From a virus, in the IMG/VR virus record IMGVR_UViG_3300042691_053984, positions 68,859-132,858 of that record: 64,000 bases of DNA. One strand, written 5' to 3'. The notes under the pieces were generated by a model. It had not been told where the DNA came from, ran no database searches, and saw nothing but the letters and a program-made list of their open reading frames with translations. Below are positions 16,825-27,300 of this stretch, piece after piece. Made by a program: the position numbers and the translations under genes. Positions within the stretch are counted from its first letter, which is position 1, and each line of letters starts with the position of its first letter.

Positions 16825-18486
16825 ATGCCTCGACACAACTACGATTGCTTCTTTCCTTTCTCAAAGATTCGTCCTGAACAGAGAAAGGCCATTGAATTTG
16901 CGCTTGATGCCTTTGAAAATGGCAAAAGATACGTTGTCTTGAACATGGGGACCGGCTGTGGAAAGTCTGCCACGGCTGTCACAATTGCTCGTTACATGCA
17001 AGCTCACGGTGAACGTACCTTTGATGAAGACAACGTTCCACTGTCCGGAGCCTATGTTCTAACAACACAAAAGGTGTTGCAACAGCAATATCTTGATGAT
17101 TTTGGACCAGGTGTAGGTCCATCAAAGAACCTGATGCTAAGCATCAAGTCTTCATCCAACTATAAGTGTGGATTTTATCCTGATCAAACCTGTGCTGAAT
17201 CAAGGCGCGTCCTGAATCAATTAGGGAAAAAAATACTCGGGACAGAGTTTCACAAGCATTGCAAGGGATTTTGCGGTTATTCGAAGGACAAGCAAGATTT
17301 CATTGAATCTCCGATCAGCGTCACAAACTTTTCGTATTTTTTTGCAGAAACGATGTACAGCAAAAAGCTGACACCTCGTGACCTGCTCATCATTGACGAG
17401 TGTCATAACACTGAGACAGAACTAGGAAAGTTCGTTGAAGTGACGTTTTCTGAAAAGTTTGCAAAAGAAATCTTGAAGTGTAAGATTCCTCAACATCTAA
17501 ATTCGCAGATTGATGTCTTTGATTGGATTAAAAAGACTTACCAACCATCATTGGCAAAGTATTTTAAGCAGGTTGAAAAAGCAATATCGCAAAAGTTGAA
17601 CGAAAATTCTGTGGGATTTAGCGACCTCAGCAAACAGTTTGAGATGCTAGATAAACACATCTGCAAAGTCGATAGGTTTTTGTCGACCTACACCAATGAC
17701 AATTGGATCTGTAATATCGTACATCCTGATGATTTTAAAAAGAGAGCACAAAGAAAGTTTGAGTTCAAACCAGTTGACGTTTCACGCTTTAGTTACGAGA
17801 ACTTATTTAAATTTGGTGGTAGATCTTTACTTTTGTCTGCAACAATAATTGATAAGCACATCTTCTGTCAATCAATCGGTCTCAAACCCAATGATATTGA
17901 ATACCTCAGCATTGAGTCGCCATTTCCCGCAGAGAATAGGCCGATACATTTTGTTCCTGTTGGCTCACTGTCAAAGGCAACGATAGACAATACCTTACCT
18001 AATCTCGTGGAAGCAGTGAAGATGTTGCTGGAGCAACATCATGACCAAAAGGGGATCATTCACTGTGTGAACTTTCGTATTGCCCAACATCTCGTTGATT
18101 CATTAAAGTCTCCAAGATTGTTAAGCCATAACTCCGAGAATCGTGATGAAATCCTTAAATCCCACATAAGCTCAAAAGAGCCTACCGTTCTGGTGTCTCC
18201 ATCTATGATGGAAGGCGTTGACCTTGCAGGTGATGCTTCAAGATTTCAGATCCTCTGTAAGGTCCCGTTTCCTTATCTCGGAGATCAGGTCATTAAAAAG
18301 AGAATGGAAAATAATAAACAGTGGTACACCTACCAAACAATTAAATCAGTGGTTCAAGCAATGGGTAGATCCATCAGAAACGAAACAGATCATGCAAGTT
18401 CATACATTCTTGATGCAGATTGGGAGAGGTTTTTTAGGATGAACAGGCACATGTTTCCCGCTGATTTCATTGTAGCGCTATCTTAA
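16825..18486 (+). CDS. DinG/XPD (Rad3)-like SF2 helicase with a probable Fe-S cluster
   Basis: RPEQ Q-motif; GTGCGKS; DECH; LSAT; EGVDLAGD; CKVPFP; QAMGRSIR; four Cys between motifs I and II. Confidence 0.9.
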   Translation: MPRHNYDCFFPFSKIRPEQRKAIEFALDAFENGKRYVVLNMGTGCGKSATAVTIARYMQAHGERTFDEDNVPLSGAYVLTTQKVLQQQYLDDFGPGVGPSKNLMLSIKSSSNYKCGFYPDQTCAESRRVLNQLGKKILGTEFHKHCKGFCGYSKDKQDFIESPISVTNFSYFFAETMYSKKLTPRDLLIIDECHNTETELGKFVEVTFSEKFAKEILKCKIPQHLNSQIDVFDWIKKTYQPSLAKYFKQVEKAISQKLNENSVGFSDLSKQFEMLDKHICKVDRFLSTYTNDNWICNIVHPDDFKKRAQRKFEFKPVDVSRFSYENLFKFGGRSLLLSATIIDKHIFCQSIGLKPNDIEYLSIESPFPAENRPIHFVPVGSLSKATIDNTLPNLVEAVKMLLEQHHDQKGIIHCVNFRIAQHLVDSLKSPRLLSHNSENRDEILKSHISSKEPTVLVSPSMMEGVDLAGDASRFQILCKVPFPYLGDQVIKKRMENNKQWYTYQTIKSVVQAMGRSIRNETDHASSYILDADWERFFRMNRHMFPADFIVALS

Positions 18487-18537
18487 GCTTTACAATGGAC
18501 AAAACGTTATTATAGATACCCAAGGAGGTATCACAAA

Positions 18538-18744
18538 ATGTCGACAGAACCAAATAGTCAGATATTGCTTACGTGGAGTGAAATTAAGAACATAATTGAA
18601 GGACTTGAATTTGATGTCCTAAAGAGTGCAAGGGGAGTTGCAGCTGCAGGAGTTAGGGCAAGGAAGGGTTTACGTGCATTGAAGGCAAGATCTCACGATC
18701 TAGTGAAGCTCACCTTTGAAGAAAAGCCAAAGAAGGAAGATTGA
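18538..18744 (+). CDS. Histone H1-like nucleoprotein (Hc1 family-like)
   Basis: KSARGVAAAGVRARKGLRALK resembles the Hc1-family GNKAAGxRARK motif; AAGGAGG SD. Confidence 0.6.
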   Translation: MSTEPNSQILLTWSEIKNIIEGLEFDVLKSARGVAAAGVRARKGLRALKARSHDLVKLTFEEKPKKED

Positions 18745-18749
18745 TCCAG

Positions 18750-18778
18750 AAAAAACGCCTTTTAACGGGCGTTTTTTT
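18750..18778 (+). terminator. Rho-independent terminator
   Basis: AAAAAACGCC(T)-TTTAAC-(G)GGCGTTTTTTT hairpin with a T-tract just after the stop codon. Confidence 0.85.
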
Positions 18779-18813
18779 ATTTCTGTTGATTAATTACACG
18801 TAAAAGGAGATAA

Positions 18814-19134
18814 TTGATGCCATCACCTAGAGCCGTGTTAGCAGATCTAACAAAAATGTCGTTAAACACAAAGAAACCGTGGTCAACAATAGGAAAAAAC
18901 GGTCACCTTTCCGGTAACGTACCAGTTCATGTAACTGAAACACCTTTAGTTGTTAAAGAGGCTGAGGTTGCGGAATCCACTGTTGTTGCGGATGTTCATC
19001 CTGTTGTATTAGAAGTAGAAGATACCATAACGGTTCCAGAACACGTTGTTACAGAAACAATTGATGAAGTTCAAGATCTTGGCCTTGACATTGAGGATCC
19101 ATTCAAGGCAAAGAAAAAGAAAAAATTAGTATGA
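18814..19134 (+). CDS. Hypothetical protein (Val/Glu-rich, basic tail)
   Basis: AAGGAG SD; 106 aa. Confidence 0.6.
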   Translation: MMPSPRAVLADLTKMSLNTKKPWSTIGKNGHLSGNVPVHVTETPLVVKEAEVAESTVVADVHPVVLEVEDTITVPEHVVTETIDEVQDLGLDIEDPFKAKKKKKLV

Positions 19135-19467
19135 TTTCTTGATCTTTTCATAAATGTTTTTTTCTATCTGACATATTCTCATTCTTGTCAGACCATATAT
19201 CTTACCTATTTCCTGCAAAGTATGAGGTCCTTCGTTGGCGGTAATCATCACACAATTGTGTCCTTCCGGGTGTGAAATCCACTGTGAGCAGTTTTTCCGT
19301 TGACAATCAACATCATGTTTAGAAAGTATAGAGAAGCAAGTTACGCCCTTCACAACTTCATCGTTTACATCGGTGCTTGACGGAGGGCGTTTTTTATTAT
19401 TTTGCAATTGGTATCTCCTGATTTTTAACAAATTTAAAATAGCATAAATTTTTGTACAAGTTTTCAT
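19126..19467 (-). CDS. Small sigma70 region-4-like HTH protein with a Cys/His-rich N-terminal part
   Basis: HTLQEIGKIYGLTRMRICQIEKNIYEKIK; CQRKNCSQW...HNC. Confidence 0.8.
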   Translation of the reverse strand: MKTCTKIYAILNLLKIRRYQLQNNKKRPPSSTDVNDEVVKGVTCFSILSKHDVDCQRKNCSQWISHPEGHNCVMITANEGPHTLQEIGKIYGLTRMRICQIEKNIYEKIKKSY

Positions 19468-19485
19468 TACAACACGGAGAATAAT

Positions 19486-20865
19486 GTGAGTAACATCAAA
19501 ACGTATGTCCTGGATACAAACGTCCTACTGAGCGATCCTTCGTCTTTATTTTCCTTTGAGGAAAACAACGTCATCATACCACTTGCTGTTCTTGAAGAAC
19601 TGGACAATCACAAAAGTAGACAAGATGAAGTCGGACAAAATGCAAGATCTGTCAGTCGTACGCTAGACGAACTGAGATTACAGGGAAGTTTGTTGGATGG
19701 AATCGGACTAAAAAATGGAGGAAATCTGCGGGTTGTTTCCATTCCTCACGAAAAGTTCACAGAGCTTCCGATTGAACTGAGGTCAGTGGAATCCAAAGTT
19801 GACAATATGATCATTGCTTTGATGAATTCATATGACAAGGATGCGATCCTTGTTTCCAAAGACATCAATGTAAGATTGAAATGTGATGCACTTGGCATCC
19901 GTTGTGAAGACTATTTAAAAATGAGAGTAGCTGATGACCCCAAGAATTTCTATAGGGGCGTAGAAGTGATTGAGCTACCATATGAACTGATAGAATCATT
20001 CTATGAAAATGACGAACTTGATCTACCTCAAGAGTATGTCAACGGAAAACTTCACCCTAATCAGATTTTGATCCTGAAAAATTCCGTTGATGGAAAGACT
20101 GTAAAGTCAGCGATAGCAAAATACGTTTCGCACGATAAACCGGTAAAACCGATTCAAAAAATAGAGCAGGCGTTTAACCTGAAACCTAGAAATAAGGAAC
20201 AAAGTTTTTCACTTGATCTATTGTTTGATGAAAGCATTAAGTTGCTTACACTGGTTGGACCGTCTGGCACTGGGAAAACATTACTTGCAATATCTGCGGC
20301 TCTTGCTCAATTGAAAGGACTGGGAGACGAACCAAGGTACGACAAGTTGATTGTATCAAGGCCGGTACAACCCCTCGGGAAGGATATTGGCTTTCTTCCA
20401 GGTACAATGGAAGAAAAAATGGAGCCATGGGTCGCCCCTATAAGAGACAACATCAACTTTTTGATGGGTTCAGGTAAAAAGCAATCAAGAAGATCTCGAC
20501 CAAATCATGATGAACATGAAAGTAAGATGCATTATCTCAACCTTTTGCAAGAAAAAGGCTTGATAGAAATAGAGGCCATCACTTTCATCAGAGGTCGTTC
20601 CATACCTAACGCATTTATCATCATTGATGAAGCCCAAAATTTGTCTATGCACGAATTAAAGACCATTGTGACACGTGTTGGAGATAACACAAAGATTGTA
20701 TTGACAGGAGACGTAGAGCAGATTGACAACGTTCACGTTGACGTATATTCAAATGGTCTAACTGTTGCAGTAGAAAAGTTCAAAGATTATTCAGTGGCTG
20801 GACACGTGACATTGATTAAGGGCGAACGTTCTGAACTGGCGACACTTGCATCAAAGATTCTTTGA
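19486..20865 (+). CDS. phoH: PhoH-like ATPase with an N-terminal PIN domain (YlaK/PhoH2 type)
   Basis: YVLDTNVLL PIN motif; GPSGTGKT; GFLPG; FIRGRSI; IIDEAQN; LTGDVEQID. Confidence 0.93.
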   Translation: MSNIKTYVLDTNVLLSDPSSLFSFEENNVIIPLAVLEELDNHKSRQDEVGQNARSVSRTLDELRLQGSLLDGIGLKNGGNLRVVSIPHEKFTELPIELRSVESKVDNMIIALMNSYDKDAILVSKDINVRLKCDALGIRCEDYLKMRVADDPKNFYRGVEVIELPYELIESFYENDELDLPQEYVNGKLHPNQILILKNSVDGKTVKSAIAKYVSHDKPVKPIQKIEQAFNLKPRNKEQSFSLDLLFDESIKLLTLVGPSGTGKTLLAISAALAQLKGLGDEPRYDKLIVSRPVQPLGKDIGFLPGTMEEKMEPWVAPIRDNINFLMGSGKKQSRRSRPNHDEHESKMHYLNLLQEKGLIEIEAITFIRGRSIPNAFIIIDEAQNLSMHELKTIVTRVGDNTKIVLTGDVEQIDNVHVDVYSNGLTVAVEKFKDYSVAGHVTLIKGERSELATLASKIL

Positions 20866-20909
20866 AATTAGGTCAATAGAATTATTTAGAAAAGGTATAA
20901 TTTACAAAT

Positions 20910-21947
20910 ATGAGCGGAATTCTTGACAAAAAATCCAGAGTGCTTGACAGTATCATCACCCTGGAAGGCAGAAAGCAACTGTCTAATGGTGGAATTAACA
21001 TACGCTATGTTACGTTTACTGATGGTGCAACTTTTTATAAAGCCGACATGGATAATGGTTCCGCTGATGCAACGCTAAGGCTTTATTTGGAGTCATGTCA
21101 TTTACCACAGGATGAAATAACATTTCAATCAGATGATGATGGAAAACTTGTTTCATTTAAATCCTCTCTAGATAAACTCATAAAAGATGGAAAGTTATTA
21201 AACACAGACGTAATTTTACCCAGTGATTCTGAGATGCTCAGCGGATCATCTATTTTTGTTTCAACTCAAGAAAGAGGAACTTTTCTACAACAATCAGCAG
21301 AATCATTGCTCACTTCATCAATTGACAACCTGAAAAAAATGCAGATCATCGGCACAAAAGATTCTTTGTTCGATGATAATGATTTTTCTATCGGCAGCAC
21401 AGATGTAGAATTTGTTATTACTGAAACCGGACCTATTCCCATTGATTTTGGCGTTATCACTGATGTACGTCAACTAGAGAACATAATTGCAGATCCTAGG
21501 TTTAGTAACTTAGTTAATTTTAAATACTTACCACCAATTAACAAGACTGATGAAATTGTTAATAAATCAAACGTAGACAACTTAAGTAAGTATTTGTTGG
21601 GAAGTTATCCTGCGTGGAATAGTATTCCCTCACGTGTTCTTTCACATCGTGAAGTGATAAATGAACACGCTTATTACGCAAGAAATGGATTCTCAAAAAT
21701 TTTGAATTTTGATCCAACTTCATACTCAAATAACTTATTTTTTCAAGCGTTTGAAGTAACAAATGACACGATGTATAAGCTCGACATCATTGATTTTGGA
21801 ATAAATCAATCAGTTGTAAGACAGAGCGAAGACACAAGGTTTTCACCAGGACCTATAACAAATATATTTTTTATAGGCAGATTAATAACAAAATCTGAAA
21901 CAAACACTCACTCTTTTGTGCATCTTTTTACGCTAATTTTTGGATAA
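20910..21947 (+). CDS. Probable virion structural (tail/baseplate) protein
   Basis: N-terminus ILDKKSRVLDSIITLEGRKQL...TFTD resembles the N-terminus of 30081. Confidence 0.6.
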   Translation: MSGILDKKSRVLDSIITLEGRKQLSNGGINIRYVTFTDGATFYKADMDNGSADATLRLYLESCHLPQDEITFQSDDDGKLVSFKSSLDKLIKDGKLLNTDVILPSDSEMLSGSSIFVSTQERGTFLQQSAESLLTSSIDNLKKMQIIGTKDSLFDDNDFSIGSTDVEFVITETGPIPIDFGVITDVRQLENIIADPRFSNLVNFKYLPPINKTDEIVNKSNVDNLSKYLLGSYPAWNSIPSRVLSHREVINEHAYYARNGFSKILNFDPTSYSNNLFFQAFEVTNDTMYKLDIIDFGINQSVVRQSEDTRFSPGPITNIFFIGRLITKSETNTHSFVHLFTLIFG

Positions 21948-21950
21948 ATT

Positions 21951-24350
21951 ATGTATTTTTCAAGTGAAAGAAATTTAAAATTATTGAAAATAAACGATAA
22001 TTTTGCATCATTACGTAAAATTAACGAAGATGGTTCATATGAATTTGAGTTTCGTTATTCAATAAGTCAAACAGAGGCCATAAAAAAGTCAACAATCAGC
22101 GTGAACGTAACGGTCTATTACGATAACTCCACTGTCAATAACTCAAAAGATAAATATTTTCAAGTTAAAAATGAAAAAATTCATAATATTTTGACAGGAT
22201 TTTCAAATCAAAAGCTAAACATAAAAAATCAAGATAATACCACAGTATTCTCTACAAACAGTGACATCTCTGCGTTTATAGACAATAGTTACGTATCTGA
22301 AGTTTTGAGATCGAAATCAATAAAAAAAACTCAATCAAAACTTGTTTTAAAAAATGTAGGCTTATTGAAAAAAAATAGGCAAAACATTCGTCACTTACAG
22401 CAAGTTCTCATAAAAGAAGATCAACTACAACAAAAGTCAGTACAAAAATCAAATAAAAAATTGTGTCACAGTCTTTTATTTGAGCACTGTATAGATCCAT
22501 CTGAAATAAAAGAGTTATCATCTTACGTAATTGATCCATATCAGCTTTCACAAGGTGTTTTAAGTCCACGAAACAATCGTAGGCCTCAAGTGCTCACTGA
22601 GTTATATGATCAATTTGTACTCGGCGGAATATCAAAATTTGATGAATCATCTACAAGTGACTCAAGCTATGTAGTCACCCTTGACAACGTAGAGGCAGAT
22701 CAACTAGAGATTCCTGTTAATGCAACTTTTAAGTTGCCAAAAAACACTTCTGTTCAAAATTCATTAAATCTATTTGTTAAGTTTGAACTAATAGATGTGA
22801 GCAACAATGTTCCCACTGAGACAATTGTAAAAGAGCTAAATGTCCTTAAATACGATATTTCTTACTGGAAACCTGATGACGCTCCTGAGGTCACAGTTGA
22901 TTACATTGATAGATCTAATGCGTTGATAAACATAAAACAGATTGCAAAAAATGCAAACTTTGTTAATGTCTATAAAAAAAGCTTGTCTGACGTGCTAAAC
23001 CCAGACGAGTATTCTTTTGTTCAAAGACTAAACCTGGAACAAGGCCAATCTGTCAGCCTTAACGTTTTGTCTTCAGAAAGTCCAACAATATACAGGGTCA
23101 TATCTGCACACAATAACTTACTTAGCGACAAGTTCAAAAATGTTGTCATCTGTTCACAACTTACAAATGTGACAAGACAAATTTCCATAACCAGCGTTTC
23201 CACTGAAAGCGGGGTTATGCTAGAGGCAAGGAATTTACCTTTTGATGCAATTGAGTTGCAATTCTTAAAAAAGAATTTGTCTCAATTTGATTCTAAATTT
23301 GACACAATTAACGAAAAAAGATTCTTGATTAAGCAAGAAGATGATCTGATTGTTGAAAATTTGATAAACAGCGAATTAAACGAAGGAGACATTTATGAGT
23401 TCTCTGCGAGGGTGTATTTTTCAAATGGATCAAGTATTGACACAGGATCAGAAATTATCGAATATGCCAAAAATAGCTCAACAAACTACTTGAACATGTT
23501 GATTGAAAATGTCATCATAGACGGAGATGATGATGTAAAATTTAACGTAAAGTTTTCACCAACTGAAAGTGGGATTGATCAAATAAAAAATATACTCAAA
23601 AGCCAAGGTAATATTTCATTTTTTGAAAAAAACATAGCCTCTCAAAAAGATGAATTGCAAAAATTACTTGCGTACTCTGTGCAAAGAATCAACCTAACAA
23701 CTGGCGATAGAGAGGATTTTGGAATAATAACGAAGGGATTTTTTTCAGACAGAGGATTAAGAAATTCTGCCGGAATAAAAAAACTAAATCCCAAGAACAA
23801 TTACAGATATGTAATAACAGCTTTTGTTAGAGACACAACAACGGTTTTATCGTCATATAAAGAGAAAAAAACAGATCCATTAACAAATAAAAGTTATCTT
23901 TATCGACCTGCTAAATTTCTTCAACCTTACACGTTAAAGACGGGTACGATTATATCAGAATCAACGAATCTTTCTTACGTAAATGGTAAAAGCGTCTTTG
24001 AACAAGGTGACTCCGGAATAACATCTAAGTTAGATGTTACGTTCAACAAAAAAAAGTTTGAAGTAAAAAATGCCAGTGTATCAAGATTTGACTTATCTAC
24101 CCTGCTTATAAAATGTAATTACGTTAACAACTTATCTGACGTTGATCATTTTGTAATTTCTAAAGAAATATTAGGAATAAGGTCAATCATAACTTGCATA
24201 CACTCTCAATTTGAGAATGGATTAGTGTTTCACTACAAGTTATCAACTGATGATTTGGGTTATGTAAAATTTGTAATAACACCTGTGCTAAAAGATTACT
24301 CTTTGAGCAAAGAGTCCACAACAAACGAGATATTGATTGAGGCACTATGA
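21951..24350 (+). CDS. Large hypothetical protein, probably structural, beta-rich
   Basis: 799 aa ORF in the structural cluster; AT-rich. Confidence 0.6.
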   Translation: MYFSSERNLKLLKINDNFASLRKINEDGSYEFEFRYSISQTEAIKKSTISVNVTVYYDNSTVNNSKDKYFQVKNEKIHNILTGFSNQKLNIKNQDNTTVFSTNSDISAFIDNSYVSEVLRSKSIKKTQSKLVLKNVGLLKKNRQNIRHLQQVLIKEDQLQQKSVQKSNKKLCHSLLFEHCIDPSEIKELSSYVIDPYQLSQGVLSPRNNRRPQVLTELYDQFVLGGISKFDESSTSDSSYVVTLDNVEADQLEIPVNATFKLPKNTSVQNSLNLFVKFELIDVSNNVPTETIVKELNVLKYDISYWKPDDAPEVTVDYIDRSNALINIKQIAKNANFVNVYKKSLSDVLNPDEYSFVQRLNLEQGQSVSLNVLSSESPTIYRVISAHNNLLSDKFKNVVICSQLTNVTRQISITSVSTESGVMLEARNLPFDAIELQFLKKNLSQFDSKFDTINEKRFLIKQEDDLIVENLINSELNEGDIYEFSARVYFSNGSSIDTGSEIIEYAKNSSTNYLNMLIENVIIDGDDDVKFNVKFSPTESGIDQIKNILKSQGNISFFEKNIASQKDELQKLLAYSVQRINLTTGDREDFGIITKGFFSDRGLRNSAGIKKLNPKNNYRYVITAFVRDTTTVLSSYKEKKTDPLTNKSYLYRPAKFLQPYTLKTGTIISESTNLSYVNGKSVFEQGDSGITSKLDVTFNKKKFEVKNASVSRFDLSTLLIKCNYVNNLSDVDHFVISKEILGIRSIITCIHSQFENGLVFHYKLSTDDLGYVKFVITPVLKDYSLSKESTTNEILIEAL

Positions 24351-27300
24351 AAGACACGTTCTTGATATCATCGCAAAGATCACAGGTTAAAACCGGTAAT
24401 GTTGAAACTCAACCGTTGCCAATAATTCTTGACGATAAAAATAGATTATCAGCAGACGTTTCTTTAAATAACGTGTCTTATGTTGTAAGGCGAGATGAGA
24501 CATCTCAGGTAACAAGAGGCCAGTCAATTACGTCAATCGTTAATGACATCAAGATCAACAATCCAATCCTTACTACCTTAAGGGGAGAAAACATCAATAG
24601 AGTTGATTTTGATGATGCAAACGCAGTCCAACAAGATCAACCGATCGTAAGCAACGATACCATTTCATATTCTGAATATGAATCACTGGCGGGTATGTCA
24701 CAGTCTGAGCCTCAAATTATTTTGTTGACTGATTTTAAGCCAATATATTCTTTACAAAGATTAAACGAAAATGGTGTTTTTTTTGATAAGCAAAATAACA
24801 TAAAAAAAGTAAAAAATCACAACATAAAGCACATAATTGATTTTAATAAAAAAATATCAGACAAGTTTGAGACGCAACTACAAAATCGTGTGATTGACTT
24901 TAATTCAAAAATAAGTCACATTGAAAATTATTTGTCGTTTATAAAACTTGTAATTCTTGAATCAGACAACACAAACGTTTTTTCAAAACAAATATTATTG
25001 TCAACAACATACGATGAATCGTACGTTCCAACAAATTACAGTGAAAACATGATTACTTCTTTGGAGGTTAAGGAGACATTAACACCGAAGCTATTTCTAA
25101 AGAACATGGGCTTTGATGAAGAAGCAGTAAGCGAAAATTTCCTTTCTACAAAAATTGGATTTCAATTTCTGACTGAGACTAAAGACGCGGTGAAATTCCA
25201 CTCACCAGTACTAATAAATCTTCAAGATGAAAACAAACGCAACGACTCTTCAAAAGAGACAATAATAAATAAACCAATTAACTACTATCAATTTAGCGAT
25301 AGGCTTTATTTGAAAGATAGTTCAATTCCAAGTTTAAATTTTTTTCGTAGCTATGACCCACAGGACACAGAAGCAATAAAAAATGCAACACCATCACAAT
25401 GGTCAGACGGAGAAACTGTGTATGGTCAACCATTTTATGGGTTTGATGTCATAACTCCTGAGGCTCGTGAATATTTTTCAAAGCTACAAACTGAATTTGG
25501 ATCATTGCAACAAAATTCATTTGAAAACTTGGAAAGTGATTTAGCTGCAAATATTTACGACATATCAAAAGAGTTTGATATGTCAAATCGATTGAATCTT
25601 AATGAAACAAAAGTTTTTTTAAAAACAAAATTTAATTACGATGTTGACCTTGAAGAGGTCAAAACTTCAATATTTGATTCTATTTTTGGGTATTCTGGTG
25701 ATGACGTTGCAACTGCTGCAGCGAATACAGTGAAGACCTCTCTTGGTTCAGTGTTTTCATATCAGGAAGGAAATATACGTGTACTTCCATTTGAAAAAAA
25801 GTTGCCCGCCTCATTAGAAACAAGTTTTGTCTCAGGCTTTTCTACAAATCTAGCGCGTCAAAAAGAAAGAATTGAACAATATGCTGAAAACTTAAGGTTA
25901 TTAATTGATAACTTTAGTCAAGCAATAAATAAATTAAATTTACTATCCATACGTGATTCTAATTTTAGCGTTTCACAGTTGTTTTACGGGGATTTAATTA
26001 ATGATCTAGGTCTAGAATACGACAATAACACCGCTTTAAATTTGTCTAATTCCGACAAACTTATATTTTCTTTGTTTGAATGGTCTTTCAAAGATTCCTA
26101 CATGTCGTTTTTACTGTTTTTGTATTGCATAATTAATGACAATAATGAAAAATTTCGTGTTGTAATTGAGGGTCAAATTACAAAATGGATAACAGAGAAC
26201 GTGAGGTATAGGCTTCCTAGCGTTTCACAAGAAACTCTATCGCTCCAGGCCTTTGAGACAGTAAGTACAATTCGTTCTTTAGATTTTATTGCCGGAAGCA
26301 ATAACTTGCTTGACGTCATGTATGTTACTAAATTTGATTTATCAGAGCACTTGAGAAATTCACCTTTAATCAAGTCGATCAAGTCAAGGTTGATGCTTCC
26401 GGAATTGCAACAGATTGGTCAGATTGGTGAGGCGACTTTTTACAGAAATTATCCTGCGTTGAAAGTTGCAATGTCGCTATTTCAGTCAATATTAAAAATG
26501 ATTCAAACCGAAAACCCCGTCAACAAGTATTCTTTTTACGGAATGTTTTTCTCAGATGGTGTTGACACAAGTGATGGATTTTTTATTGGACGAAAACAAT
26601 CTCAATACAATGGTGCCAACGTTATTCAATTAATGAAAAATGAATGTCTTTCCGTTAGAACATCAGTTTTGTGCTTGTTGAACGTGTTAAAGACTTTACA
26701 CGTTAATTGTGTCAATTACAAAAATTTTTTAAACTCACTGGTTTCATCAACTCAGTATCGTGAAATCAGTCAAATTTTTTCTTCTGACGAAAAACTCATT
26801 AACTTGCTATTTGACAATCGACAGCACTTGTCATTAATAAAAAATCAATTTAATCTAATTAAAGATTCCCTAGTCAAACCTGTAACAAATATTCAAAATC
26901 AATCCTTATCATGGGAAAGTACTTCAGATCTGACAACAGCACCTGGTCAGGTGCAAACTGATTCAAGTGAAATAAAGTCAATAGATGAATCGTTGACTGG
27001 GGATCGCCTCTATGAGATTTTGCGGGCATATCTTAAAGAAGATGTTTTGTCTTCTCATGAAGCCACAAATTTGAAAATAATGACAATTGGAATTCCTCAC
27101 AAACTTTTTCAAAATTTTCTTTTTGACGAAAATGCAAGAAATACCCAGAGATCAAGAAAAAATGGATTGCTAACATTTGAGGTGTACAAAGTAAATCAGC
27201 AACATCCGGACATTATTTTAAAACCACAAATGTTTACTTTTGAAATATCACGTTTTCCGGTGATGTCGGATAACTTAATTCAGCCTGTGGTTCGTGATTC

